A DNA stretch of 64,000 bases from Eledone cirrhosa (GCA_964016885.1 OZ024740.1:429040001-429104000), one strand, 5' to 3'. Positions 15,148-28,810 are shown, counted from the first letter of the stretch. The notes: generated by a model not told the origin, from the sequence alone. Made by a program: numbers and translations.

Positions 15148-15955
15148 TAGGGAGACATGATATGAAGCTTAATAAACACTTGCGAGCAGTGAAGTGTTAA
15201 ATCTACATATTCTTAATTAATATTATTACTCACTATAGCATTTTCCTTATACAAACTATATTTTTAATATATACTAATATTACCATTAGTAAATTTTGTA
15301 AACATATACTTTTTTGACGTTATATATTTTTTCTTCCTTAAATTTTCCTCTTTCTTCTCTCCTTCCGTGCTCGTATTAAACCTATTATTTACTTTTTCAT
15401 ATTACAATACATAGAAACAAACTTAGACCCTAACTAATTCCTCTAAGTTCATAATTCATTTAATCACTTCTTCATTCCCCTTATCTCCTTAATATTTTTA
15501 TTTTAATAATACATATTAATAAATTCCTTTTCGCACATCTTATTAAACCCTTCAATATATAAACCTTAAATAAATAGTATTCTTAATTCCTTTTTCTCTA
15601 ATCATAAGCATCACCATTCATAAACCTCATTAACTTTTAATTTCAATTTTCTTTTGTTTTTTAATTATGTATTATCTTACAACGGTTCTTTTTAATTTCT
15701 CTCTGTGAGACAGTGTTTCTCAGTATTAAAGGCTATCTCTCTCTCTCTCACTCATTTCTCCTCCTCTCTCATCCTTCCTTCTTATACTCCTCCCCCGTCA
15801 TCCTTTATTTTCTTTCTTCCTCTTCCTTACCTTTTCCTTCCCCCTTCCTTTCCTTTTTCCCAATCTCACATATCCATCTTATCTTATTTCTCATATGTAG
15901 ATTTAACACTTCACTGCTCGCAAGTGTTTTTTAAGCTTCATATCATGTCTCCCTA

Positions 15956-16022
15956 TTTTATCCGATGAGAACGCAAATATCATCCCATGATGATATTTGT
16001 TTTTGAAATGCGCATAATAAAA
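15956..16022 (+). ncRNA. Type I hammerhead motif, core CCGATGA (U4C)
   Basis: Identical to 15081-15147 except T>C in the core. Confidence 0.72.
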
Positions 16023-16240
16023 TACATGGAACTCTTTTAACCATCTTTTGATCTTATATTATTTATACTCCAGTCCTATAAACTGTTGAGTGCTACTTAT
16101 CCGATATTTGCATTGCTTTATTGTGCTACAATAAAACTCACCTCGTACATTATATATATATATATCCGGGAGCTTCCAACAGTAATGGTTGCATTCTTTA
16201 AGGGTATGTCAATATTTATTTATAAAACTGCTCTATATTA

Positions 16241-16305
16241 TATTTTATCTGATGAAAGCACAACATAATTTAACTTGGTGTCCTTGAAATATGTATAATG
16301 AAATA
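16241..16305 (+). ncRNA. Type I hammerhead motif (family D; pLTR fragment 16165-16345)
   Basis: tattttat-CTGATGA-aagcac../..gtgtcctt-GAAA-tatgta-TA-atgaaata. Copy at 42113-42173 (-); 3' half at 6990-7080. Confidence 0.78.
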
Positions 16306-16344
16306 AATATGGTTTTATAAATATAGTTTCCATTTGTTAATATC

Positions 16345-16422
<78 letters not shown>

Positions 16423-16428
<6 letters not shown>

Positions 16429-16993
16429 AAATATAGAGAAAAATACTGCAGGTAGCACATGGATAACATGTAATAAAATGAGTCCCTCATCAGTGATTTG
16501 CCGACGATCATCGATATTTCATTGCATTAAAAATCATATACCTCACGTCGGTGCAATAATAACCAAAATAAGTTATTAGGACAATTGAAACGCGTAAAGC
16601 GAGTGAGACAGGAGAACAACACAGAGTATAGCTAACCGTAGGGGAAAGAAACAAGCTTCAAAATTATTCTGTTTAGCATAAGCTAGGTGAATATATGAGC
16701 GCTTTTAGAAAACAGACCTGACACGAACTCTGGCCATGTGAGAAGAGAGAAAAATAGCCCTCGTGGTGTACAGGATGAAATGAAGAGAAGAGAAACAGTG
16801 AGTGAGTGAAAGTGTGAGGAAGAGTTAACTGACATGACAGAGGGGGAGAAACAAAGAGACTGGGGGAGCAGTAAGAGAGAGAGAGAAAAAACACAGAATC
16901 GCAGTGGTAAATATATGTAATAAAATATAGAGAAAAATACTGCAGGTAGCACATGGATAACATGTAATAAAATGAGTCCCTCATCAGTGATTT
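16423..16993 (-). mobile_element. Second copy of terminally redundant non-coding family C
   Basis: 16423-16499 is repeated at 16919-16993; internal blocks are homologous to 7263-7827. Confidence 0.7.
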
Positions 16994-17139
16994 ATATATA
17001 TATAATTGGTGTGAAAATGAAATTGACCTCTTAATAAACACATGGTTTTTCTCTGTCACAAACAACAAACATTCACGCGTCATGTCTAAATGAAATTGCT
17101 GAAAAAACAGCCCAAACATTTACGACGAGATCTGCTAAG

Positions 17140-19668
17140 CAGATACACAACAAACTAAAATATCCCCTTCTTCATTCTTACTGAGACCCACCTTGACAAC
17201 TCCCACTTGGAGGCCGAAGTAAGAGTGAGAAATTTCACAACCATCCGTGCGGATCGTGTTGGCAGAAGGAAGGGTGGAACTGCCATTTTCCTGCATGATT
17301 CCTTTACGGCGGATGGTAACACAACATTCTCCAATGGCTACTGTGAATCAGTCACTGTGCACAACAAAGCTAATGACCTGACATTAGTTGGGCTCTATAG
17401 GCCACCACAAATACCCATAATCTGTTTCAAAGAATGTATCAACAGTATTAAATGCTTTATTAAACAGTGCCATTCTAGCAACATACTTTTGATGGGAGAC
17501 TTTAATCTACCCTGTGTCGATTGGTCTACATATAGTTTGAAACCAGGCTCCACAGTCTCAACCACTGACAAAGAAGCTGTCGAGTCACTTCTTGACTTCA
17601 TGAATGAGTTTTTCTTGTCGCAACTTGCCCTTGCACCAACGAGGCATCAGAAGAACATTCTGGATGTAGTGTTTAGTAACCACACTAACACTACATAATA
17701 TTACAGTGGAAAAAGCCCTTCTCTCAGACCATGACATGGTTCTTTGTAACCTGAGATTCCACCAGCCGAAAGCTAATCCCAGGGTTCTCTCTACAGCCCA
17801 CCTATTTGATAACATGGATCTCTACAATGCCAACTGGGATGCAATTATAAACGAACTATCACATGTTGACTGGTCTTTTACACACGCACACACTTCCACC
17901 AACATCAAAACATCTTGGCAGATCTTTGTAGACACTGTCACAAATATATGTACAAAACACACCCCACCATAACCTGTGAACAAAACCAAGTGCAGTATCC
18001 CCAAAAACAGAAAAACAATTATCAGAAAAATAAAAAGAACAAACAAAAAAATTAACACACTAAAATACTGCCAACAGCAACACACATATTCGACGGCTAT
18101 CACCCTGCTTGAGTCAAAAAAATATAACCTGCAGCAATGCATGATGACCATCATCAATAACCAGAGAATAGCTGAAGAGAGGTGGGCCATTGAGAAAATC
18201 AAACTCAACCCCAGAGTGTTCTTCTCATTTGCTAAAAAACACAAGGTCACCGTCTCCACTGTTGGCCCCCTAGTTGATGGAAATGGCACACTCCAGGACA
18301 ATGCCAAGACCATGGGCGAGATACTGCAGAAACAATACTGCTCTGTTTTCAGCAATCCTGATATGGACGATCTGGGCTGTATCAGTGATGTTAATCCCCA
18401 ACACACTATATCAGACAAAACGTTTGGCGCCCCTGATGTCTTAGCGGCAATAAACGAAATTAAACACAATTCAGCAGTAGTCCCCGACAGGTTCCCTGCT
18501 TGTGTCCTGAAGGTGTGTCGACACCAACTTGCAACTCCTCTTGCTAATCTGTGGAGGAACTCACTGGACACTGGCTATATTCCTGAAAACTTTTTGTCCC
18601 AGCCCGTTGTCCCAGTCTTCAAAAAGGGAAATAAGTGAACTACCGTCCGATCTCACTCACCTCTCATATTATCAAGGTATTTGAGAGGGTGGTGAGATCA
18701 CGAATAACCCACTTTCTTGAAAGCAACGGCCTGCTGAACTCCAACCAACATGGGTTCCGTAATGGAAGGGACTGCCTAACGCAGCTCCTGCATCACTTTG
18801 ACGATGTTTTGAGAGCCTTGGGAGAGGGCTCCAACACTGATGTCATCTACCTTGATTTCAGCAAGGTCTTCGACAGGGTTGATCATAAGATTCTACTGAA
18901 AAAACTATCCAATGTTGGTGCCTCTGGAAGGTTACTACAGTGGATCAAATGTTTCCTGACAGGCAGAACCCAGCATGTTGTAGTCGAAGGAGTAAAATTA
19001 AGCCCTGCTAAAGTCAGCAGTGGCGTCCCACAAGGTACTGTGTTGGGCCCACTTCTTTTCATCATCTACATTAATGACATTACTGACATCATCAAACACA
19101 GCAACATCAGAATCTTTTCAAATGATTCCAAGCTCCAAAGGGTCATCAATGAGGTGGGTGACTGGACTTACCTTCAGTCAGACCTACTGGCTGTTATCCA
19201 ATGGGCAGAGATGAATAATATGCTGTTGAATGAAGATAAATTTGAATTAATCCACTTTGGAAAAAAGGATGTCCTGAAACTACCATACTCTCTTCCTTCA
19301 GGCGAAACTCTAGTGGCATCCAATAACATCAGAGACCTGGGAGTAATTGTGGACAACAATATAAGCTGGGCCACTCATATAAACAGCAAAGTTGATATGG
19401 CCCGCAGAATGTGTTCCTGGATTCTCAGAACTTTCCAGTCGAGAGATATCCACACTGTTGTCCTTCTCTTCTCCACTTTTGCCCGACCCCACGTTGAATA
19501 CTGTTGTCCACTGTGGTCAACCCACACGAAACAAAGTATCATGAAAGTTGAAGCACCCCAAAGGTCAATTACAAAAAAGATAGATGGCATGACAGGCCTT
19601 GACTATTGGAGTCGATTAGAAAAGCTCAAACTTTATTCTCTTCAACGTCGCCGTGAGCGCTATATTAT
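17140..19668 (+). pseudogene. CR1-group (CR1/L2-like) LINE ORF2: AP endonuclease plus reverse transcriptase, disrupted
   Basis: APE motifs LTETHL, RADR..KGG, LYRPP, MGDFN, LDVVF, SDH. RT motifs NYRPISLTS, QHGFR, YLDFSKVFDRVDH, SGVPQGTVLGPLLF; the catalytic motif has decayed to FSND. Stops at about 17696 and 17970, frameshift at about 18635. Confidence 0.93.
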
Positions 19669-19782
19669 AGATATAAAAGATACAGAAGCGAAAACCAACC
19701 CAAGCCAAACAGTAAGTGTGTTCTGTTATTATTTCTGGCAATATTATAACAATATGACCCTCCACAAGTATAACAATATATA

Positions 19783-19975
19783 TAATTGTTTCTACTTTTG
19801 GCACAAGGCCAGCAATTATCCCAGTTCATTACTGGAGCTTTATTTTATCGACCCGTAAAGATGAAAGACAAAGTTAACCTCGATGGGATTTGAATTCAGA
19901 CCATAAAGGGACGTAACTCTATGTTGCAAAGCATGGTGTCCGACCCTCTACCAATACTGCCAATCCACCGCCCTT
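19783..19975 (-). mobile_element. tRNA-derived SINE (octopod OK/OR-like)
   Basis: Minus strand has an A-box-like TGGCAGTATTGG, a B-box-like GAATTCAAATC, the central GTCTTTCATCTTTACGGGTCGATAAAATAAAG and a 3' GCTGGCCTTGTGCCAAAAGTAGAAAC; at least 5 copies in the window. Confidence 0.85.
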
Positions 19976-20013
19976 AACTGAAAGGAGATGTTATGTCTTC
20001 ATTAAGTTTATTT

Positions 20014-20103
20014 AGTAGAGACACGCATTTCGCTATTGATCAGCTCAGCGTTCGATCTGTATCGATCTAGCCCGACTGTGGAATCAATAGGTCGTCGGAC
20101 CTC
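20014..20103 (-). ncRNA. Hammerhead-like motif with long stem II insert (family E), core CCGACGA
   Basis: CCGACGA-(c)ctattgat..~45 nt..atcaatag(c)-GAAA-tgcgtg-TC; stem I imperfect. Copy at 21189-21279 (-); related fold-back at 56548-56752. Confidence 0.55.
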
Positions 20104-20135
20104 TGGTGTCTTTACCACACGTTACATTCCATATA

Positions 20136-20247
20136 AGCACCTAGGTTTTCCAAGCGGTCACCCATCTAAGTACTAACTTGGCTCGATGCTGCTTAACTTC
20201 GGTGATCGGACGAGAACCGGTGTTTTCAGCGTGATATGGCTGTAAAC
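20136..20247 (-). pseudogene. 5S rRNA: 5S rRNA-derived copy, about 112 nt, missing the last few bases
   Basis: Minus strand reads GTTTACAGCCATATCACGCTGAAAACACCGGTTCTCGTCCGATCACCGAAGTTAAGCAGCATCGAGCCAAGTTAGTACTTAGATGGGTGACCGCTTGGAAAACCTAGGTGCT. It is solitary and has no oligo-T terminator. Confidence 0.93.
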
Positions 20248-20695
20248 AATCATAATAATAATAAAGTAAAATGACAGGAGGCCAAATATGTCAGAGACGA
20301 CGGGGCATTATAACAACATGCTGCTTCGTTCGTTATGTATTTCACTCTCGTGTTTCTCTACCCCATGTAATTGAAAACATACATTTTCTGTGTTTTCTTC
20401 TCTATAGACTGTATTATGAAGAACCCGGTACCTATTCCTTGAGCTCATTAAATTACACGGGATTAACGCGGGTTTTTAACTCCGATTTTTAATTTTATAT
20501 TTTTGGTTCCTAATTCATTTCTTTATGTAAGTTGAACTTCTTAAATGGAATGGTTATGGGCTGTTATTTCTAGCGGTCTTTTGATTCATTCAAGCTACTA
20601 TGAACTGTGTAGCACGCGTGTTTTTGTCTCTTTTTATCATGTGCGTTATTTTAGTTGTCTAAAGTATTTTTAGAAGTTTGGACCATACTGTCTTT

Positions 20696-20777
20696 ACACC
20701 TGTTGAGAAGCCCTCAGCGGTATGGGTTCGACACTTTTTATGGCGAAACACTCTCTTATTAGAGTTTGTCCAGGTGT
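20696..20777 (+). ncRNA. Type I hammerhead motif with U3-A8 core and a closed, long stem III
   Basis: acacctg-TTGAGAA-gcc..ggc-GAAA-c-actct/agagt-ttg-TC-caggtgt, with a 7-bp stem I. Confidence 0.75.
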
Positions 20778-20954
20778 TTATAATTATAAGAGGTTGGTTT
20801 GGACATTTTGATTTACTCTTTTAATTAATACATATTTTCCACTCCTTTCGTAGACTTTATGTTTTTCACCCTTGTGGTTCTTTATCCTCTTTAATTGAAA
20901 ACATACCTCGTTATGGTTTCTTCTCTATATATTGTATCATATGTATATATATAC

Positions 20955-20986
<32 letters not shown>

Positions 20987-21051
20987 TATGTGTGAGTGTG
21001 TTTGTTTGTGTGTACATATATATATGTATACATATATATAAATATATGTAC

Positions 21052-21151
<100 letters not shown>

Positions 21152-21303
21152 AAAAGGACGATTTGTTATGTCTTCATTAAGTTTATTTAGTAGAGACACG
21201 CGTTTCGCTATTGATCAGCTCAACGTTCGATCTGTATCGATCTAGCCCGACTGTGGAATCAATCGGTCGTCGGACCTCTGGTGTCTTTACCACACGTTAC
21301 ATT

Positions 21304-21351
<48 letters not shown>

Positions 21352-21449
21352 GGGGGGAGAAAGAAAGAAAGAAAGAGAGATGTGTGTGTGTGTGTACATA
21401 TGTACATTTACTTGTTTGTGCGTGTGTGCATATATATATATACACACAA

Positions 21450-21502
<53 letters not shown>

Positions 21503-21503
21503 T

Positions 21504-21687
<184 letters not shown>

Positions 21688-22257
21688 TTATAAATAAATA
21701 TATATTTACGAGAGAATTAGTTACTCAGGGAACATGTGTATACATATATGTGTTTAAACTTCTGTATTCGACGTTTACAACTGAAAACTACATGCAGGTA
21801 TAGAGACATCAAAAGATATATATTTTGGTCTTATGCAAGCTGTTTATTGAAATAGAGTTATGACGAAAATTTGCCAAGATGTATTGTAGCGGCCAAAATA
21901 TATTGTTTGTTTTGACAGAGGTAAAAGAAAATATATTTATAAACAAAATAAGAAAATAAATTAAAAGCCTGCTTGTTTTTTATAGCGACTTATAGTCACT
22001 TAGGGCATCTTGTCGACACATAAAATGTCTTCTTATTCTATTCTCCATGTGTGAGAGGGAAGAAAAAAGTTGCAAACACAACACAATAAAAACGTGAAAG
22101 AATAAAAAAAAAAAAACGACTAGACGAGAGAAAATATAAAAGGAAAGAGAAGTAAAAAGAAAATAATATATATACATATGGATATATATATATACATACA
22201 TTTATATATGTATATATATTTATATACACACACACATATATAGAGAGAGATAGATAG

Positions 22258-22325
<68 letters not shown>

Positions 22326-22938
22326 TTATATTTATATATATGTTTATATAGACTTATATACATACCTATATGACTACGCATATATGTGTGTGTGTCTATG
22401 TATGTGTGTGTATGTATTTATGTGCGTGTGTGTTTCTGTGTGTGGGTGGGTGTACTTTTAATCTGATGGAGATTGAACGATCGACGCAAGGAAAGACAAC
22501 GGAGGTTATAAATCACGATATAAATATTTGTGTGAGCTGAGTGACAGGCTTGAGTGGAAGTTTGAAAATATAAACATGAAAATACATGATATAAAAAACC
22601 AGGAGCTGGTGCTTCAAAGATGTGCTTAAGCAGATCGAATTCACAGCGACGAGAGAGAATTGAATAGCAAGCTTACATAAAATATAATAAACTTGAAATG
22701 TAAAAAAATATATAAATAATGATGAACGTGGGACTGGAGGAATGGAAAAATGGGAAAAGAGGCAAATGAAGGAAGGAAAATATTGAAGAAAAAAAGAAAA
22801 GTAAAATGGCTGCTAACTTCCTCTCTGTACTTAAGTCAATACATCTATGATAAAAGAAATAAAGAAATCAACAATGGAATATGTCGTTACCTTAAACAAA
22901 CATAAACGTGTAACTACCCAGAAAAATATATGTTTGAT

Positions 22939-22978
<40 letters not shown>

Positions 22979-22979
22979 G

Positions 22980-23028
<49 letters not shown>

Positions 23029-23029
23029 G

Positions 23030-23110
<81 letters not shown>

Positions 23111-23158
23111 CAGAGACAGATGGACTGATTGATACACGCACAAACACATATGCCTGCA

Positions 23159-23203
<45 letters not shown>

Positions 23204-23446
23204 GTTTGTACATATAAACTGGTAGAAATGTACAGGTAATGGCTAACGAGTTAGAACAAATGTTTAGCGCCAACCCAGTTTCTTTAAACTGTACTTTCTG
23301 ACCTTCATGTCGTTTGGGTTCCATCTTTCCCCACGGTATTTTCCCCCACTATCTCCCATTTGGTTTTAACCACCTACCTTTTATGGATTTTACTCATTCT
23401 GGTTATCTTTCCTTGTTCTATCTATTTTTTTTATTTCATCTCACAC

Positions 23447-23509
<63 letters not shown>

Positions 23510-23521
23510 TTATATATATAT

Positions 23522-23586
<65 letters not shown>

Positions 23587-23612
23587 TATATATTATATAT
23601 ATATATATATGG

Positions 23613-23670
<58 letters not shown>

Positions 23671-23871
23671 GTACATATACACACACATACATACACACAC
23701 ACATATATATATATTTATACATATATATATATATACATAAGTGTATATATATGCTTATCTGTGTCTCCATACACCTCCCATATACTTTACACCTCCCATG
23801 CTTTTTATGCTATTTATGCATTTCTTCTTAACTTAAAACTCTATTCTTAAACATTTTGTGGGAATTTTTTA

Positions 23872-23909
<38 letters not shown>

Positions 23910-24331
23910 TTCCCCTATACATTTTGAGTCGGAAGCATATACGCATTCGTACACAAAATGTGTGCATATGTATGTAGAGGTGTCTGTCTGTGCGTATAGT
24001 GCATATAAATTTATGTACGTATATATATATTTATAGGTGGTTATATTTTCCTCTATACAAGCAAAATTTTTTTTGTACACATAAACATTTATTACCATTA
24101 AAACATTTTTATCCCTTTTTGTTTCATGAAAATCATTCAAATGGACCCGAATGCATCAAAGTCTTAAGCAAGTTACACGTGACAATAAAAGGAATCAGTA
24201 ATGTGTTCAAATCAAAGTAGGTATGTTGATACAATATTTTAGAAGGGAGGTAAGTTTACCATTAAAAGTGAAGTTTTATATATATACACACACACACACA
24301 TATATATATATACTACATATATACATATATA

Positions 24332-24397
<66 letters not shown>

Positions 24398-24837
24398 TTG
24401 AGAGAGAATATTTTGATGTTAGATAGTCGCTTTAAAAACATATTTCTCTGCTGCTTTCTTCTTTTTAGCATCTAACAGAGATTTGATGGGAAATAAGTTT
24501 GCAAGAACTCACTGTTCAAAGAATGTCAGAATTTGTAGTAATAATAATACGGAAGGTAGATACAAACAAGAAAAGGTGAGGTGGAAGAATTCCTATACGA
24601 TACGAAGACAGGGCGTAAAATATATCTTAAACGTTGCCGACAAAATTCAGAGAAAAGTTTGTTGTTTTTTTTTGCTGATAATACTTTCAGACATAAGATA
24701 TTAAGTTGTTTCAAAATCGGCCAAAGAGATCAAAATGTCGTCTGCATCAGAACACACATATATAGGTAACTTACACATACACACAGACACGTATACACAC
24801 ATATACACACATGTTTATATATGTATGTATGCATATG

Positions 24838-24923
<86 letters not shown>

Positions 24924-24995
24924 ATGTATATATATATATATATGTGTGTGTGCGTGTGTGTGTGTATACCCATTATATATAAATATGTATGTACA

Positions 24996-25030
<35 letters not shown>

Positions 25031-25182
25031 GTATGTGTGTTATATGTATAATCTTATGTATATATATGTAGATTTATATGTGTGGTGTGTGTATGTGTGC
25101 GTGTGTATACATATTCCCTTAGACGCTTGAACAAACATCGATAGTATGCTGTTTATACAACAGCTATCAGTGAAATATATAT

Positions 25183-25219
<37 letters not shown>

Positions 25220-25278
25220 CATATATATATATGTGTATATATATATATATTCATAATTATATAAATTCATATATATAT

Positions 25279-25356
<78 letters not shown>

Positions 25357-25631
25357 AATTAAGTTAAAAAGTTAAAAGCGTCAGTCATACAAAAGTGAGT
25401 TACAAACGAAACGAAATTTAATTTCGTTTCGTTATTTGTTTTTATATATATATATATATATATATAACAAAGGAATTGTGGTAAGAAACCAAATGGACCA
25501 TAACGCACCAAAGTACTCAATACTTAGGGTAGTAGAGTGGGAAAATAGGAAAAAGTATGACCCCGACGGCAGAGCTCAAGCCGTTTCGACGGCTATTTCT
25601 TGAGCTCTGCCGTCGGGGTCATACTTTTTCC

Positions 25632-25725
<94 letters not shown>

Positions 25726-25796
25726 ATACATACATATATATGTTTATATATATATTCATAATTATATATATTCATATATATTACACACACAGACAC

Positions 25797-25882
<86 letters not shown>

Positions 25883-26102
25883 GAATAGAAGAACCTAAAT
25901 AATAGACTTGGTCTGCAGCCACTCTGACCTTTTATCAGGGCTAAGGTTATAGAATCTTACCGTGATATGAATAATGAATAGTTTTATAAACGACTGTAAG
26001 GAGCACGTGGGTGAGGTGTTAGAGCAACACACGTACATGTGCTATGGCTATAGGTAGTGGTAATTAATCATAGTGATAAACCTTACTGTTTAAGGAACCA
26101 AG

Positions 26103-26188
<86 letters not shown>

Positions 26189-26284
26189 CAGGAAGAAACA
26201 CACAAACATTTATATATATATGTGTATATGTATGTATATGTATATAAATAAATTACACACTCATATATATATACACACACACAC

Positions 26285-26363
<79 letters not shown>

Positions 26364-26687
26364 GTCTATATATATATATATATAGACATTTATATGTAAA
26401 TATATATACATGTGTGTATGTGTGTGTGCTTGAGTGTGTGTGTTTGTGTGTATATGTGTGTGTGTGTGTGTGTAAAAGTAAGCAGAAATAACAAAGCAAG
26501 CGACACAGTACATTGAAGAAATATATTAGTTTAACGCTTCAAATAACAAAAAGGAGTCTTAACGTTTCGAACACTTGTGTGTTATCAAGATAAAGTTAGA
26601 AAAAGAGAGTAAGAAAAGGAAGGAAGGGAGAAATTAGAAAAATGGGGACGAAAATACACGTGCGTATTCTGTCAGCCATTATATATA

Positions 26688-26804
26688 TCTGAGTTCAAAT
26701 CCCCGCCGAGGTTGACTTTGCCTTTCATCCTTACGGGGTCGATAAAATAAAGTACCAGTAATGAACTGGTAATTGCTGGCCTTGTGCCTAAAGTATAAAC
26801 AATT
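26688..26804 (+). mobile_element. 5'-truncated tRNA-derived SINE
   Basis: TCTGAGTTCAAATCCCCGCCGAGGTTGACTTTGCCTTTCATCCTTACGGGGTCGATAAA..GCTGGCCTTGTGCC. Confidence 0.85.
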
Positions 26805-26867
26805 ATATATATATGTGTGTGGTGTGTGGTGTGTGTGTGTGTATGTATGTCTGTATGTTTTTGTGTG

Positions 26868-26900
<33 letters not shown>

Positions 26901-27384
26901 TTCACCGATATCTGATGAGAACTGTTACAGGTACTTAGGGATAGATGAAAATATATTCTAAGATGGAATTTGTAAGAAGGAACGACTAACCAGTGAATAT
27001 AACACACGAATAAGAAAGATATGGTCTTCAGAAGTGTCTACCTACAATAAATCAGTGACATACAATGTGTTTACTGTGTCTGTCCTCTCATTTGGAATAC
27101 TTAATTGAACGCTAGATGAAATCCAACCCAGTGATGTTAAAACCCGAAAATGCTTAATCAACACCGGAAATTTCCAATTCAACAACGACATAGACCACGT
27201 CTACCTGAGAAGTAAACAGGTGGGCGGAAGCTTAATATCAGTCCAATCAGCATTTGAGTGTCACATTATATCCCCCCGATAACATCTACAAACCACCGAC
27301 AGTAGGTGCCCATCTATTGAACAAGTCTCTCAACATGAGACAGAGAAGATCATGAAAGCTGGAACTCCTCCAGTAATACTTCCT

Positions 27385-27411
27385 GCATCATCATCATCAT
27401 CATCGCCATCG

Positions 27412-27443
<32 letters not shown>

Positions 27444-27472
27444 GCCATCATCATCACCATCGTCATCATCAT

Positions 27473-27523
<51 letters not shown>

Positions 27524-27661
27524 ATTCTTCTCCTCCTCCTTCTTCTTCTCCTTCTTCTTCTTCTTCTTCTTCTTCTTCTTCTTCTTCTTCTTCTTCTTCT
27601 TCTTCTTCTTCTTCTCCTTCTTCTTCTTCTTCTTCTTCTTCTTCTTCTTCTTCTTCTTCTT

Positions 27662-27692
<31 letters not shown>

Positions 27693-27830
27693 TCTTCTTC
27701 TTCTTCTTCTTCTTCTTCTTCTTCTTCTTCTTCTTCTTCTTCTTCTTCTTCTTCTTCTTCTTCTTCTTCTTCTTCTTCTTCTCCTCCCCTCCTCCTTTTT
27801 ATTCTTATTCTCCTCTTCCTCCTCCTCTTC
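27385..27830. repeat. Compound trinucleotide repeat (CAT)n-(TTC)n
   Basis: Direct observation; source of the poly-E/K/M ORF. Confidence 0.97.
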
Positions 27831-28087
27831 TTTTTTTCTCGACAAGCATCAAGCATATTATCCTAACATCACGCATGGTTATGTTGCCAGGAAGCTCCAG
27901 AGTGAGAGTAATATAGATATGCAAAGTAGTCAATCTTGAAACAACAACCGCCATATTGGCTCTCACTTTGAAGAATATGCTTTTGCAATCTAAGACCAGG
28001 AAACAACAACAAAATACCTGATTGACAAAATAGATAGGAATGCAAGCAAAACACCAAAATATCAACCATATCCTGGAGGTGTCCATA

Positions 28088-28362
28088 GATGACGTCGTAG
28101 TACAATCTACCTATGGACCGTCTTGGTCCTTCAAAGACCGAATCGTGGAATTGTTGCCACTTTTCGTCTCCGTCACTCGGGCCCAGCTAACATCTTTGGC
28201 TCCCTCGATTCCCAGAGCACGTATTTTGCTTCTGACAACGCAGCCTTCATGCTTTGCTTCGAAGAATTGGTTCAAGGCCGTTCTCGTCGCTAGCACGCTG
28301 GCTACGTTGCCACTCCTAAGTGCCTCTTCTACTTTATCTACCAGTTCCTTTTCAGTCTTAAC
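28088..28362 (-). mobile_element. L1/Tx1-like LINE fragment (linker between endonuclease and RT)
   Basis: EAKHEGCVVRSKIRALGIEG..NNSTIRSLKDQDG resembles the G.x.xRSR..EGE..I..L...G linker of L1/Tx1 ORF2; this segment is absent from the intact R4 copy. Confidence 0.55.
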
Positions 28363-28623
28363 TATGGAGCATGATATAGTGGCCAATACAGTATACAATA
28401 CAATCTCTAGAAAGGATAGACTTGACAATAAACATATTAAAGGCTACAGCAATGTGGAAGACATATACATACATAATATGAAAGAATACTGGTGGAATGT
28501 TCCAGGCAAAACCCCAATAAAATACAAACATAACAGACCAGATATAATGATATGAGATAGAGAAAAGAAGGTGTGAAGAGTAGTGAAAGTCAGCTGTCCA
28601 GCAGATGCCAATATAATATTAAT

Positions 28624-28810
28624 TGTATCTACATTTGGCACAAGGCCAGCAATTACCCAGTACTTTACTAGTACTTTATTTTATCGACCCCGTAAGGATG
28701 AAAGGCAAAGTTAACCTCGGCGGGATTTGAACTCAGAATGGCAAGGGCCGTAACTCTATGCGTCAAAGCATGGCGTCCGACCCTCTACCGATACTGCTAA
28801 TCCACCAATC
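28624..28810 (-). mobile_element. tRNA-derived SINE with 22-bp target-site duplication
   Basis: Same family as 19783-19975; CAGATGCCAATATAATATTAAT at 28602-28623 and 28811-28832. Confidence 0.9.

Noticed and set aside
17822-18571. 249-aa antisense ORF (also 59439-60071 and 58953-59399)
   Set aside because: Shadow ORFs opposite LINE coding sequence, with no independent motifs.
20136-20247. Functional 5S rRNA gene
   Set aside because: The 3' strand of helix I is incomplete, there is no T-run terminator, there are several substitutions, and it is not in an array.
26555-26595. Weak hammerhead-like strings at 26555-26595(-), 53745-53785(-), 8480-8518(-), 29800-29840(+) and 36575-36617(-)
   Set aside because: Two or more of core, stem I and stem II fail; they may be very old motifs but cannot be supported.
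27350-27856. Poly-E/K/M ORF, and the poly-A/S/L ORF at 36532-36783
   Set aside because: Compound trinucleotide repeats; the first interrupts a dead LINE.
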